In this document: positions 20,124-30,175 of the stretch, in pieces | Layout: each line of letters starts with the position of its first letter | Numbering within the stretch: the first letter of the stretch is position 1 | Assembly (NCBI GenBank): GCA_024688505.1 | Contig: JAILDZ010000064.1 | Coordinates: 1 to 62,675 of the forward strand | Length of the DNA stretch: 62,675 bases | Reading direction: 5' to 3' | Source: Lachnospiraceae bacterium | GTDB taxonomy: Bacteria; Bacillota; Clostridia; Lachnospirales; Lachnospiraceae | The notes under the pieces: model-generated | Seen by the model: the letters and a program-made list of their open reading frames with translations, nothing else | The model's database searches: none | Told to the model about the DNA's origin: nothing | Position numbers and translations under genes: made by a program

Positions 20124-20197
20124 CGTGCGCGAGAGGATTCGAACCCCCGACACCTTGGTCCGTAGCCAAGTGCTCTATCCAGCTGAGCTACGCACAC
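20124..20197 (-). tRNA. tRNA-Arg (anticodon ACG)
   Basis: Cloverleaf GTGTGCGTAGCTCAGCTGGATAGAGCA-CTTGG-CT-ACG-GA-CCAAG-GTGTCGGGGGTTCGAATCCTCTCGCGCACG; CCA not encoded. Confidence 0.96.
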
Positions 20198-20296
20198 GTA
20201 TTAGTGCTTAAAACGGCACGTGAGATATATTAACACATTGTATAACGTAATGCAAACTGTTTTTTATCCCATGCACAGAACTTTCGGCCCGATTGT

Positions 20297-23029
20297 TTAT
20301 TCTGCATCTAACAGGCGAAGGATCTCATCATAATCATACTGGCGGATGGCATCCCTTACTTTGCCGTACAATTCCTTTTCCTTATCCGGAATGTGGAAGC
20401 GCTCCATACTTTTAAGGACATCTTCCAGCTCATCGCAGTCCATATCTTCAGCGGCCCGATACAGCTTTTCATAAGCGGCTTTCATTGTCTCGGCATCAGC
20501 TTCCGTTTTGCCTTCCTCATCTTCCTCATCAATAAAGATGGCAGATAACGGCTCCTTCAGTGATACATATTCATCCATGAATGCTTTATGTTTTTCCTTT
20601 ATAAAGGCTGTATCTCCGGTCTTGCCGGCATTTTCCAGCTCCTGCGCCTTCTCTCCCAGTTCAGTGGCACCGATCAGCCTTAATGAGCTCTTTAAGGCAT
20701 GGATCTTTATTGTATAGCTCTCATAGTTTTCTTCGGATAAAAAGCCGTTAAGCTCACCCTGCTTTTCATCTATGGTCTCATAGAACATCTGGAGGAGCGG
20801 CATAAAGGATCTCACTCCGCCGCTGTTTTCAATACCTTTTTCCGTATTCAGCGATGTATCTTTCAGTACGGAAAGTATCTCCGGGATCTCCTCGGTTTCA
20901 TTTTCACTATCTTTCGTCCCTGTGTTTTTTTCTATCAGTGTATCCGGCAGATACTGCAGGATCATATCTTCCAGTTTCCGGGAATTAATAGGTTTTGTGA
21001 GATAGTCATCAAAGCCCGCCCGCATGTATTCCTCTTTGGCTCCGGAAATGGCGTTTGCCGTGAGACATATCACCGGTGTTTCATGGTTCTTATCCTCCGG
21101 GTCTCTTCTGATATCCGATAAAGTCTCTATACCGTCTTTTTCGGGCATCATATGGTCAAGGAAAATGATGTCATACTTATTCTTATGCGAATACTCTATA
21201 CACTCAAATCCGTCGTTAGCGGAATCTGTCTGCACCTTCAGCCTTTTTACCAGACTCTTAAATACTGCCAGGTTCATGGGATTATCGTCCACGACCAGTA
21301 TCCTTGCAGAGGGTGCAGTAAAGAATCCCTTATTCTGTTCCTGCAGCGCCTTCAGTGCATCGCCTGTTCTTTCATAATATCCCAGTTCTTCACGGCTCAC
21401 CACCTTCTGCCTTAAGGTAAATGAGAAATCCGAACCTTTTCCGTACTCACTTTCCACCTTCAGATCAGATCCCATCAGTTTCAGCAGACTCTCCGTGATA
21501 TTAATGCCAAGCCCGGTTCCTTCAATGGTATGATTACGTCTCTCTTCCAGTCTTTCAAACTTGGAAAAAAGCTTATCCATATCTTCTTCTTTAATGCCGG
21601 ATCCGGTATCCTTCACCGATACCTTCATGTCTATATAGTCCTTATCTTCGGGATCATCCGTATAGGACAAGGTGAATGTCACACTTCCCTGCTCCGTATA
21701 CTTCACAGCATTTGTTAGCAGGTTTGTGATTATCTGCTTTATCCTCACTTCATCACCGATAAGCCTGCGTGGGATGGACCTGTCTATTTTAAAGATCATT
21801 TTCAGGTGTTTCTCATCTGCACGGTTCTTTATCAGATTAAGAAGATCGTTTATCATGGGGCCCAGATCATATTCCACTGCCACCACATCTACTTTTCCGG
21901 ACTCTATCTTTGAGAAATCCAGCACATCATTTATGATATTGAGCAGTGTGTCCCCGGCCACACGGATATTATCCGAATATACGCGAATATCAGGATCCGT
22001 GCTCTCCCTCAGGATCATTTCATTCATTCCAAGGATTGCATTTATGGGCGTGCGGATCTCATGTGACATATTGGCCAGGAAGTCACTCTTGGCTTTGGAA
22101 GCTTCTTCGGCTTCGGCTTTTGCTTTCCTCAGTTCGTCACTCTCTTTTATCTTTATGCTGGCCCGGGTCAGATAGAATGCGCCTATCATAACAAGGATCA
22201 TAAGGAGGCCGAACACCCATGCCACCAGAAGCGATATCCTGCCGATGCCCTCCGATGCCACGCTTCTCGGAACATATCCTGATATCAGAAAATCCGTGCC
22301 GGGGATCTCCGATTCAAAAAGGATCATATCCCCTCTGGAAGTGGGGAAGTTCCTGGCTACTGCCACCGACACTTCCATTTCCATATGCATTGATGCATAT
22401 TTTTTCTGAATATCATCACTGTGATAAAACTCTAGGTCTTCCGGAGTGCTTTCATAGAATGGCACCAGTATGTCCCCATCTCTGGTGGTAATACAGAATT
22501 TCCCCCGATTATTATATGATGAGATGGAAAAGCTCTCTTCGAGGCTTTCCGGTGGATAAAGCCTGTATAACACGTATCTTATGTTTTTCCCGCTGTATAC
22601 CGGGTATGTGAAAAGCACTCCCTCATCCTCCACATATGAGATGGCGCTGTTTCCTCTGAAGGAAGGCTGGATGCCGTCAAAAGCTTTAGGATCCAGATCG
22701 TCGCCATACATGGCATTTCCGTCTATGGTAAGCAGTCCCTGCTGCACACCTTTTTCGTTATAAATTGCAGGCATCAGAGTGCTGAGATTATATGGATTGG
22801 CCTCCATCTTTTCAGCCACGTATTTCAGATTTTCAAATTCCGTAAGGAACTCTTCCTCTGCGATTTTAGCGAAGGCTTCCGCCTGTTTTCTCGTCTGGTT
22901 TTCTGTATACGTGGTAAGGAGTTCTCCTACTCGAAGACGAAGTATCACCCCCACCAGTAACAGAGAAATTGCGAAAAACACAAGTACATAAAAAGTTCTC
23001 TTTTTATTGGAATATTCTTTATTCGTCAT
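20297..23029 (-). CDS. Hybrid sensor histidine kinase (TM-extracellular Cache-like-TM-HisKA-HATPase-REC-HPt)
   Basis: FLANMSHEIRTP, NAVKYT, DTGSGI, GTGLGI, VVDDNPMN/FLDHMMP REC, IHALKSS HPt. Confidence 0.92.
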   Translation of the reverse strand: MTNKEYSNKKRTFYVLVFFAISLLLVGVILRLRVGELLTTYTENQTRKQAEAFAKIAEEEFLTEFENLKYVAEKMEANPYNLSTLMPAIYNEKGVQQGLLTIDGNAMYGDDLDPKAFDGIQPSFRGNSAISYVEDEGVLFTYPVYSGKNIRYVLYRLYPPESLEESFSISSYNNRGKFCITTRDGDILVPFYESTPEDLEFYHSDDIQKKYASMHMEMEVSVAVARNFPTSRGDMILFESEIPGTDFLISGYVPRSVASEGIGRISLLVAWVFGLLMILVMIGAFYLTRASIKIKESDELRKAKAEAEEASKAKSDFLANMSHEIRTPINAILGMNEMILRESTDPDIRVYSDNIRVAGDTLLNIINDVLDFSKIESGKVDVVAVEYDLGPMINDLLNLIKNRADEKHLKMIFKIDRSIPRRLIGDEVRIKQIITNLLTNAVKYTEQGSVTFTLSYTDDPEDKDYIDMKVSVKDTGSGIKEEDMDKLFSKFERLEERRNHTIEGTGLGINITESLLKLMGSDLKVESEYGKGSDFSFTLRQKVVSREELGYYERTGDALKALQEQNKGFFTAPSARILVVDDNPMNLAVFKSLVKRLKVQTDSANDGFECIEYSHKNKYDIIFLDHMMPEKDGIETLSDIRRDPEDKNHETPVICLTANAISGAKEEYMRAGFDDYLTKPINSRKLEDMILQYLPDTLIEKNTGTKDSENETEEIPEILSVLKDTSLNTEKGIENSGGVRSFMPLLQMFYETIDEKQGELNGFLSEENYESYTIKIHALKSSLRLIGATELGEKAQELENAGKTGDTAFIKEKHKAFMDEYVSLKEPLSAIFIDEEDEEGKTEADAETMKAAYEKLYRAAEDMDCDELEDVLKSMERFHIPDKEKELYGKVRDAIRQYDYDEILRLLDAE

Positions 23030-24122
23030 AGATCTCTATGCCTTCCACATACCAGTCCATCTCGTTAAACAGTTCTTCATCACCAATGCGCTCCATTCGG
23101 TTACACCGGATATTTCCTTTATTGTCATAGATGATCCCGGAAAACACGTCTCTCCAGGTCTGTATCCTTTCTTCTTCCTGTTCCACCAGTTTCCGTGTCT
23201 TATCGGATACCAGATTGGAATAGGGATAGAGCGAAACCGCTCCGTCAGACAGCCCCAGCCAGTAGTCATTATTAGAGCTGGCTCTTCCCGACAGATGATC
23301 ATTTAATATGTCATCATAGACCAGATCCCAGTTAAACAGCGCTGCAGTCAGCATCTTTTCCGAATACTCATCATATATCACATCATATCCTATGGAATAT
23401 AGTCCCATTTCTTCAGCTTTTTCCAGCGCATAGGGTTTGTCCTCGTGATACGTCATCACATCCGCTCCGGCCGCTGCCAGTTTCTCTACCGCAGCAATTT
23501 CCCGGTCTTTATCTTCCCAGCTTTCGGTATAAACCACATATACTTTTGCATTGGGATTAGACTTCCTTGCACCCATGGCGTATGCATTAATGGACCTGAC
23601 GGTTTCAGATATGGGCATGGACGCCACATACCCGAGTATTCCGCTTTCCGTGGAAGCACCTGCCACTATCCCCGCCAGATATCTGGCCTGATACATTCTG
23701 GCAAAATATGCCGTGCCGTTTCGTCGGTTGGATTTCCCCGCCAGATAATAAAAAGCCACGTCCGGGTACTCATCAACAATATCCTTTGTGTATCCGCTAT
23801 ACCCGTAACTGGTGAGAAAGATCACTGAGCACCCCTGCTCCACCAGATCTCTTACAGCCCGCTTCACCGGTGCTTCCTTTTCGGGTATGGATTCTTTATG
23901 AATAAGTATGCATTCATGCTCTTCACATGCATATTTTATGCCTTTATAGTGGCTTTCATTCCAGCCTTTGTCATCTGCACTTCCCAGCAGAACGGCTCCC
24001 ACTTTCACAGGTTCTTCCTTCGATTCTGTTCTGAAGAAATATATCATCATAATGATCACTGCGAGGACCAGAAGAGTGGCTATTCTGAGTGCTATATGAA
24101 TAATTCTTTCTTTATTCCTCAA
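23019..24122 (-). CDS. BMP-family (PnrA-like) solute-binding protein
   Basis: DKGWNESHYKG, IFLTSYGY, YQARYLAGIVAG, INAYAMGA motifs; N-terminal TM anchor. Confidence 0.85.
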   Translation of the reverse strand: MRNKERIIHIALRIATLLVLAVIIMMIYFFRTESKEEPVKVGAVLLGSADDKGWNESHYKGIKYACEEHECILIHKESIPEKEAPVKRAVRDLVEQGCSVIFLTSYGYSGYTKDIVDEYPDVAFYYLAGKSNRRNGTAYFARMYQARYLAGIVAGASTESGILGYVASMPISETVRSINAYAMGARKSNPNAKVYVVYTESWEDKDREIAAVEKLAAAGADVMTYHEDKPYALEKAEEMGLYSIGYDVIYDEYSEKMLTAALFNWDLVYDDILNDHLSGRASSNNDYWLGLSDGAVSLYPYSNLVSDKTRKLVEQEEERIQTWRDVFSGIIYDNKGNIRCNRMERIGDEELFNEMDWYVEGIEIYDE

Positions 24123-25230
24123 TTATCACACCCTCCACATACCAGTCGAAGTGATTCATCATTTCTTCGTCAGACATGGATTCTCCGTCAAGGATCCTGA
24201 CTCTTCCCGTGTTGTCGTTGATCTGGCCATAGAATACATCAAATTTACGGCTTGCTAACTCCTCTCCGGCTTCGTCCATAGCTTCTTGTGTCCCGGACAC
24301 TGCATTCTTCGTAAGGTCGGAAAGGCCCGGCACTTTATCTTCCATTCCAAGCCAAACTATCTCTCCGTGGAATTTCCCTCGAAGAAAATCCGTGATGGCT
24401 TTCCTGTAATAGTTCTCCCATGACCACACACAGGCCGTGACATATGTATCTGGAAAAAGTCCGGCATTATCCCTGTTAAATCCTATGGACCACACTCCTC
24501 TTTCATCCGCCACTTCATTCGGTCTGATGGAATTAGTGTGCATGGAGATCACATCTATATCCGGATGATCGTCAAGTAGTCTTATAGTGGCATCCCCTGC
24601 CGCATCATCGTCAAGCCAGGAATCACAGAATCTCACATAGACATTGGCAGCGGGATTCACCCGTCTCACGCCCAGAGCAAATGCATTAAGATCACGGTTC
24701 ACTTCGGAATAGGGAAATGCTGCCACATATCCTATGCTGTCTGTCTCTGTACGCATACCGGCCGCTATTCCGGAAAGGTACCTGGCCTGATACATTCTTC
24801 CCTGACATGATGCCAGATTTGCACTGCTCTCAGATCCGTGAGTGTGAATGATAGCGACATCAGGGAACTCTTCAGCTGCCCTGATACAGCTGTTTCCGTA
24901 TCCGAATGATGCTGCCACCACCACCCTGCACCCGTCTTTTTTGACAAGATCCCTGATGGCTTCATAGCAGGATTCATCCTCCGGTACATTTTCCTTAAGT
25001 ACAATCTTAAGGTTCAGCTCATCTTTCAAGGACATTAGGGATTCATATTGATTCTGACAATAGTTCCGATCATCCGCATTACCGGTGAGCACAAGTCCCA
25101 CCCGCGTGGTCTTTCGCGTAATATCCGTGTCCACTCTGCGGTCCCTTATAAACATCATGCCGATAAGCGCAAAGGCTATGATCAGACTTGAGATCAGGAT
25201 CATCCACCTGGTGGAAATCTTCTCCATCAA
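24112..25230 (-). CDS. BMP-family solute-binding protein (paralog)
   Basis: SFGY, YQARYLSGIAAG, IGYVAAFP, NAFALGVRRVNP motifs; N-terminal TM anchor. Confidence 0.85.
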   Translation of the reverse strand: MMEKISTRWMILISSLIIAFALIGMMFIRDRRVDTDITRKTTRVGLVLTGNADDRNYCQNQYESLMSLKDELNLKIVLKENVPEDESCYEAIRDLVKKDGCRVVVAASFGYGNSCIRAAEEFPDVAIIHTHGSESSANLASCQGRMYQARYLSGIAAGMRTETDSIGYVAAFPYSEVNRDLNAFALGVRRVNPAANVYVRFCDSWLDDDAAGDATIRLLDDHPDIDVISMHTNSIRPNEVADERGVWSIGFNRDNAGLFPDTYVTACVWSWENYYRKAITDFLRGKFHGEIVWLGMEDKVPGLSDLTKNAVSGTQEAMDEAGEELASRKFDVFYGQINDNTGRVRILDGESMSDEEMMNHFDWYVEGVIIEE

Positions 25231-26768
25231 AATGCTCCCTTCTTCACAGCTCTGGCAGCCTCTTCCTGGATATTCCTGTTATATGAAAGCATAGGCTCCG
25301 TATTCTTTCCCTTGATCCTTCTGTCTATATAGTTTCTCGTGATACGTACCACAAGCGGTGTCAAAAAAAGCACTCCTATCAGATTCGGTATCATCATAAA
25401 GCCGTTAAATGTATCGGAAATATCCCACACCAGAGATGATTCCAGCACCGCTCCGAAAGTGATAAGCAAAACAAAGATCACCCTGTACACCTTTGCCCAG
25501 AACACTCCGAAAAGATATTCTATGACCTTTCCGCCATAGTAGGACCAGCCCATTACAGTAGTAAAGGCAAAAAGTGTCACAGCTATGACCACAAATATCT
25601 CTCCGGCATAGCCCAGAGTGTTTCCGAAAGTCTTTGCCACCAGAGTGGTATCATCTGTCCCGGGTAGAACAGCCCCGGTAGTGAGATTTACAACCCCTGA
25701 ACTTAAGACCACAAGAGCTGTCATGGTGCAGATCACCATGGTGTCAAGGAACACTTCCGCGATGCCCCACAGTCCCTGTTTCACCGGTTCTCTGGCACAG
25801 GTATTCACATGTGCCATAACAGATGATCCAAGTCCGGCTTCGTTTGAAAACACCCCACGCTTTAATCCGCTCTTTACGGTGTTCATTGCCACCTGTACAG
25901 CAGTGCCTGCTGCGCCTCCGGAAATAGCCTCGGATCCCAAAGCCAGTTTGAATATAGATGCAAATACCTCCGGCATCATGGGAGCATGGATGATTATCAC
26001 CACAAGGCATCCCAGTATATACGCAACCAACATGAACGGAATGACTTTTTCAGATACATATGCCAGCCTTCTAAAACCGCCCATGATGATAAGCGCGCCA
26101 AAGAGCATGAGGACCACACCTATACCGATATCTACCAGCGGGGTTCCCGCGAATGATCCGATGTCTATATCGGAAAGGAATGTGGCACGGATGTTTAAGG
26201 TGATCTTGTTTATCTGTCCCAGATTTCCTATACCGAAAGAAGCCATTATGGTAAAAATGCAAAAGAGTATGGCCAGGACTTTTCCCGCCTTCTTCCCGTG
26301 TTTCAGGGATCCAAGCCCGTCTTCCAGGTAATACATGGCTCCCCCTGACCAGGCACCTTCCGGGTTTCTTCGCCTGTAATATACTCCCAGCACATTCTCC
26401 GAAAACTTTATCATCATGCCAAGGATTGCTGCTATCCACATCCAGAAGACCGCCCCAGGTCCCCCTACGCATATGGCAGTGGAAACACCGGCTATATTAC
26501 CTGTACCGATGGTGGATGAAAGTGCTGTACAGAATGTGCGAAACTGTGAGATGGCTCCGGCATCGTTAATAACTCGCGCCTCATCCTTTATGGAACCAAA
26601 GGTCTTTTTCCACCAGTGTCCGATGTAGCGGATCTGTAATGCACCTGTCGACACAGTGCAGACGAGCCCCGTGCCCAGCAAAAGGAACAGGCTGAATGAA
26701 CCCCATACGAAGGAATTCAGCACATTATTGATATTTGTGATAATCTGTACGATAAAACTGTTCATCAC
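25227..26768 (-). CDS. Alanine/glycine:cation symporter (AGCS) family
   Basis: TIGTGNIAGV, GGPGAVFWMW, RGVFSNEAGLGSS, DTMVICTMT, FAFTT motifs. Confidence 0.93.
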   Translation of the reverse strand: MMNSFIVQIITNINNVLNSFVWGSFSLFLLLGTGLVCTVSTGALQIRYIGHWWKKTFGSIKDEARVINDAGAISQFRTFCTALSSTIGTGNIAGVSTAICVGGPGAVFWMWIAAILGMMIKFSENVLGVYYRRRNPEGAWSGGAMYYLEDGLGSLKHGKKAGKVLAILFCIFTIMASFGIGNLGQINKITLNIRATFLSDIDIGSFAGTPLVDIGIGVVLMLFGALIIMGGFRRLAYVSEKVIPFMLVAYILGCLVVIIIHAPMMPEVFASIFKLALGSEAISGGAAGTAVQVAMNTVKSGLKRGVFSNEAGLGSSVMAHVNTCAREPVKQGLWGIAEVFLDTMVICTMTALVVLSSGVVNLTTGAVLPGTDDTTLVAKTFGNTLGYAGEIFVVIAVTLFAFTTVMGWSYYGGKVIEYLFGVFWAKVYRVIFVLLITFGAVLESSLVWDISDTFNGFMMIPNLIGVLFLTPLVVRITRNYIDRRIKGKNTEPMLSYNRNIQEEAARAVKKGAF

Positions 26769-29700
26769 TCACTCAGCCTCTGTATGATCCCGTCATAATC
26801 ATACTTTTGCACCATGTCTCGTATTTCCTCGTATTTGTCTTTTTCATCATCCGGTATGGAGTAATCCGAAAGTTCCCTCATAGCCTCCTCTATGGCCTCG
26901 ATATCCATTTCTTCTGCAGCCTTTGCTATGGCTTCATATACGCTTTCCATCATAAAACGGTCTGCTGTGGGGCCGCTATTCACGTCGGTTCCAAAGATTG
27001 GAGTCAGAATCTCTTTATATTTCGCATAGTGCTCCATGAAAGTATCATGGTTTGCCTTAATAAACTCATGACGTCCTTCCTTTCCCGCTGTTTCAAGGGC
27101 AAAGGCTTCCTCAGACAGACTCATGGCGCCGATCAGTTTAGCGGAACTCTTAAGTGCATGCACTTTTATAGTGTAGTCTTTCCAGTTTTCATCTTCATAA
27201 AAGCCGGCTAATTCCCTTGTTTTTCCGTCTATGGACTCATAGAAAAGCTTAAGTACCTCAGAAAAAGCCTCCTCGGAGCCGCTGTTATGTATTGCGACCT
27301 GTCCGTCTATTCCTTCGATATTTTCATACCAGTAGTTATCCCCATCTTCAGAAGGCGTGTTATCTTCTTCTAAAGAAAGCGTCTCTTCCGGTTCATCATC
27401 ATAAGCTTCGGCGTAGTCCTTAGCTTCTGGCACACTGCGGCTGTATTGTTTTTCTGACGCTGTCATGGGCAATATGGAGGAGATGTTATAGAACTTGTTA
27501 CCTTTCACAAAATATATGACGCCAACGGAACCCGGTCCACAGTTTGATGTGATGGCGGCAGATGCTTTCTGGAATATCACTCTTTCAAAGTATGCCAGCT
27601 TGCTTATCTCCTTTTTCACCCAAAGCAGAGTTTCCTCCGGCACATCTACATATGTGATAAACACCACTTCGGAATCCGGAATGATGTCTACAGGAAAGGC
27701 TTTCCTGATATACTTTTTAAATGCGTGTTTTCTTCCACCCAGCCATATTCCGCTGATCCTTGACTTATCATCTACAAACTCAATGCCGGGCCTTAGATCT
27801 AAAGAATTGGCTATAGACTGCACTAACGGACTTAACAGGTGTTTTTTCGCCATGAAATCCGTGGTATCAATGACAAAACTGCATCTTAGCCTCTTTTTTA
27901 CAGTGTTTAGCTCGGAAACCATCTGCTCAGCAGAGATATCCTGCTGTGCCAGCTTGCATGCGATAAGTGTCAGAAGCCCGGTGGCACTGGACAGGCATTC
28001 CGAGTTTATGACATACACATTATCAAAGGACTTTGCAGCCTCAGTGGCACGTTCATAATCTTCACTCATACTTGTAGTGATAGCTATATACACGAGATGA
28101 TGGGCATTCTTCAGATACTTTGCGAAGAAATCCCTGTAGACGGCCACACTCGGAGGTGAAGAAACTGCCTGCTTACCGTTTTTAATATGTAACAGCAGTT
28201 CATCCGCATCCATTTGATAGGTATCTTTAAACTCGCCTTCATCTGTAGTGATAACAAACGGAAGAATGGGCAGAAACGGGTTATTCATCATCTGGTCCGG
28301 CAGATCGCACATTGAGCTGGTGGTGATCACAAAGGGGATCTTCTTCCTGTATCCGTTTACTGTATTAAGTTCCTCACTCATCTTGTCCGAATGACTTTTC
28401 ATTATGATCCTGTCAGCAGGAATATAATGGATGAGCGTGCTTTCAAGCTGTTCACCGGATACCGGTTTTACCAGATATCCGTCAAAACCGGAACGGTTAT
28501 ACAGCTCACGGTTTTCGCTTCCTGCATTCGCCGTGAGCACTATGACAGATGTGGTATTATTCAGCCCTCCGGTCTGTCTTCTCATTAATTCCAGGCACTT
28601 TATGCCGTCCATTTCCGGCATAAGATGATCCATAAGTATCACATCATATTTAACGCCAAGTGTGTGCTCCAAAGCCGCCTTGCCGCTTTTTACGGTATCT
28701 ACCCTTATGCCTGTTCCGGCCAGAAGTCTCCTTTCCACTTCCAGATTCATCTCGTTATCGTCCACGATAAGTATCCGGACATCAGGGGCCGTAAAGCTGC
28801 TTTCATATGCGGTCCTTCTCACCTGGCCGTAGTTTTGTATATGAATATCTCCGATCGCGGATGAATCTGTGATCCCCTGCTTTAGTACCACGTTAAAGGT
28901 GGAGCCCTCACCGTATACGCTGTTTACCGTAACGTCTCCACCCATCAGATCCACCAGCTGTTTCACAATCGAAAGCCCGAGACCGGTTCCTTCTATATGG
29001 CGGTTCTTTTCCTCATCTACTCGTTTAAACACATTAAAAAGATATGGAAGTGCATCATTCTTAATGCCTATTCCCGTATCTGTGACAGAGATCCTGAGAA
29101 GGACAGAATTGTCACTGGTCTCTTCGCTTTCGATATGAAGGCCCACTGTGCCTTCCTTAGTATATTTTACCGCGTTGTTAAGGAGATTTATGAGTATCTG
29201 TTTTATTCTCACCTCGTCTCCGTATAATACTGCAGGCACTCTGGGATCCACATTCACATCCAGTTTAAGCCCTTTTTCCTGCGCCCTGATCCATATCATA
29301 TTCACGATCTCTGAAAGCAGACGTCCCACATGATAATCCACAGGGACTATATCCATACTGCCTGCTTCTATCTTTGAAAAATCCAGGATGTCGTTAATAA
29401 GAGCAAGGAGCATTTTCCCGGCGCCGGCTATGCCGTTTGCATCTTTTACTATCTCATCCGATGCGCTCTTGTCTCTCAGGATCAACTCATTCAGCCCCAA
29501 TATGGAGTTAATAGGCGTTCTGATCTCATGGCTCATGCTGGAAAAGAATCTGTTCTGTGAACGGTTCAGCTCTTCTGCCCTCTCTGCCTCTTTCTTTGCT
29601 ATTCTGTTTTCCTGCTTAAAAAGGCGATTCTGAAATATGACCATTATCAGGCACACTACACCCACCATGATTATGGAAATAAAGGTGTCCACATAGAACA

Positions 29701-30175
29701 TGGCTCTGGAATGCTTAATTACCATTTCAGGATAGAAATACGCCGTCAGATAGCAAAACAGCGTCATAATAAAAACCAGGCCCAGCATGACAGTTCGCCA
29801 TGTGCCCGATAAAACGAGCCCTACATAAAGAAAAGCAAATATAAACCACAGAAAGCCTCCGCCTTCTACACCGCCTCCGAAGAAGAAAATGCCCGGAAGG
29901 ATAAAGAATATAAGCAGTATAACGATAAGACGGGCAGTTATATCTATCCTGTTAAAATAGATTCCCATGTATGTGAGAATGGGTACAGCAATAAGCGTGG
30001 CGATCAGGACCCCTATTTCAACAATACTCTCACCGAATATGATATCACCGACAAGTGCAACAGCCACTGCCATATCGCTTATTATGGTAAGAAGCACAAA
30101 AACCCGGTCTGCAAAGCTCTTGCCCGGATCCCTTACCAGGTCAATGATGCTTTTTATCAGCCTGATCACTTTCAT
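26765..30175 (-). CDS. Hybrid histidine kinase with internal DegV domain (TM-HisKA-HATPase-REC-DegV-HPt)
   Basis: SHEIRTP, NAVKYT, GTGLGL, MDHLMP REC, DegV-like ITTSSMCDLP...SSPPS...CGPG, VHALKSS HPt. Confidence 0.88.
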   Translation of the reverse strand: MKVIRLIKSIIDLVRDPGKSFADRVFVLLTIISDMAVAVALVGDIIFGESIVEIGVLIATLIAVPILTYMGIYFNRIDITARLIVILLIFFILPGIFFFGGGVEGGGFLWFIFAFLYVGLVLSGTWRTVMLGLVFIMTLFCYLTAYFYPEMVIKHSRAMFYVDTFISIIMVGVVCLIMVIFQNRLFKQENRIAKKEAERAEELNRSQNRFFSSMSHEIRTPINSILGLNELILRDKSASDEIVKDANGIAGAGKMLLALINDILDFSKIEAGSMDIVPVDYHVGRLLSEIVNMIWIRAQEKGLKLDVNVDPRVPAVLYGDEVRIKQILINLLNNAVKYTKEGTVGLHIESEETSDNSVLLRISVTDTGIGIKNDALPYLFNVFKRVDEEKNRHIEGTGLGLSIVKQLVDLMGGDVTVNSVYGEGSTFNVVLKQGITDSSAIGDIHIQNYGQVRRTAYESSFTAPDVRILIVDDNEMNLEVERRLLAGTGIRVDTVKSGKAALEHTLGVKYDVILMDHLMPEMDGIKCLELMRRQTGGLNNTTSVIVLTANAGSENRELYNRSGFDGYLVKPVSGEQLESTLIHYIPADRIIMKSHSDKMSEELNTVNGYRKKIPFVITTSSMCDLPDQMMNNPFLPILPFVITTDEGEFKDTYQMDADELLLHIKNGKQAVSSPPSVAVYRDFFAKYLKNAHHLVYIAITTSMSEDYERATEAAKSFDNVYVINSECLSSATGLLTLIACKLAQQDISAEQMVSELNTVKKRLRCSFVIDTTDFMAKKHLLSPLVQSIANSLDLRPGIEFVDDKSRISGIWLGGRKHAFKKYIRKAFPVDIIPDSEVVFITYVDVPEETLLWVKKEISKLAYFERVIFQKASAAITSNCGPGSVGVIYFVKGNKFYNISSILPMTASEKQYSRSVPEAKDYAEAYDDEPEETLSLEEDNTPSEDGDNYWYENIEGIDGQVAIHNSGSEEAFSEVLKLFYESIDGKTRELAGFYEDENWKDYTIKVHALKSSAKLIGAMSLSEEAFALETAGKEGRHEFIKANHDTFMEHYAKYKEILTPIFGTDVNSGPTADRFMMESVYEAIAKAAEEMDIEAIEEAMRELSDYSIPDDEKDKYEEIRDMVQKYDYDGIIQRLSE

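Noticed and set aside
19974-20136. attL/attR of a prophage or integrative element at tRNA-Arg
   Set aside because: The repeats are only 149 bp apart and no integrase or phage gene is present; kept only as a miniature element or scar.
19972-20233. Short ORFs over the tRNA region
   Set aside because: They overlap a clear tRNA and its hairpins.
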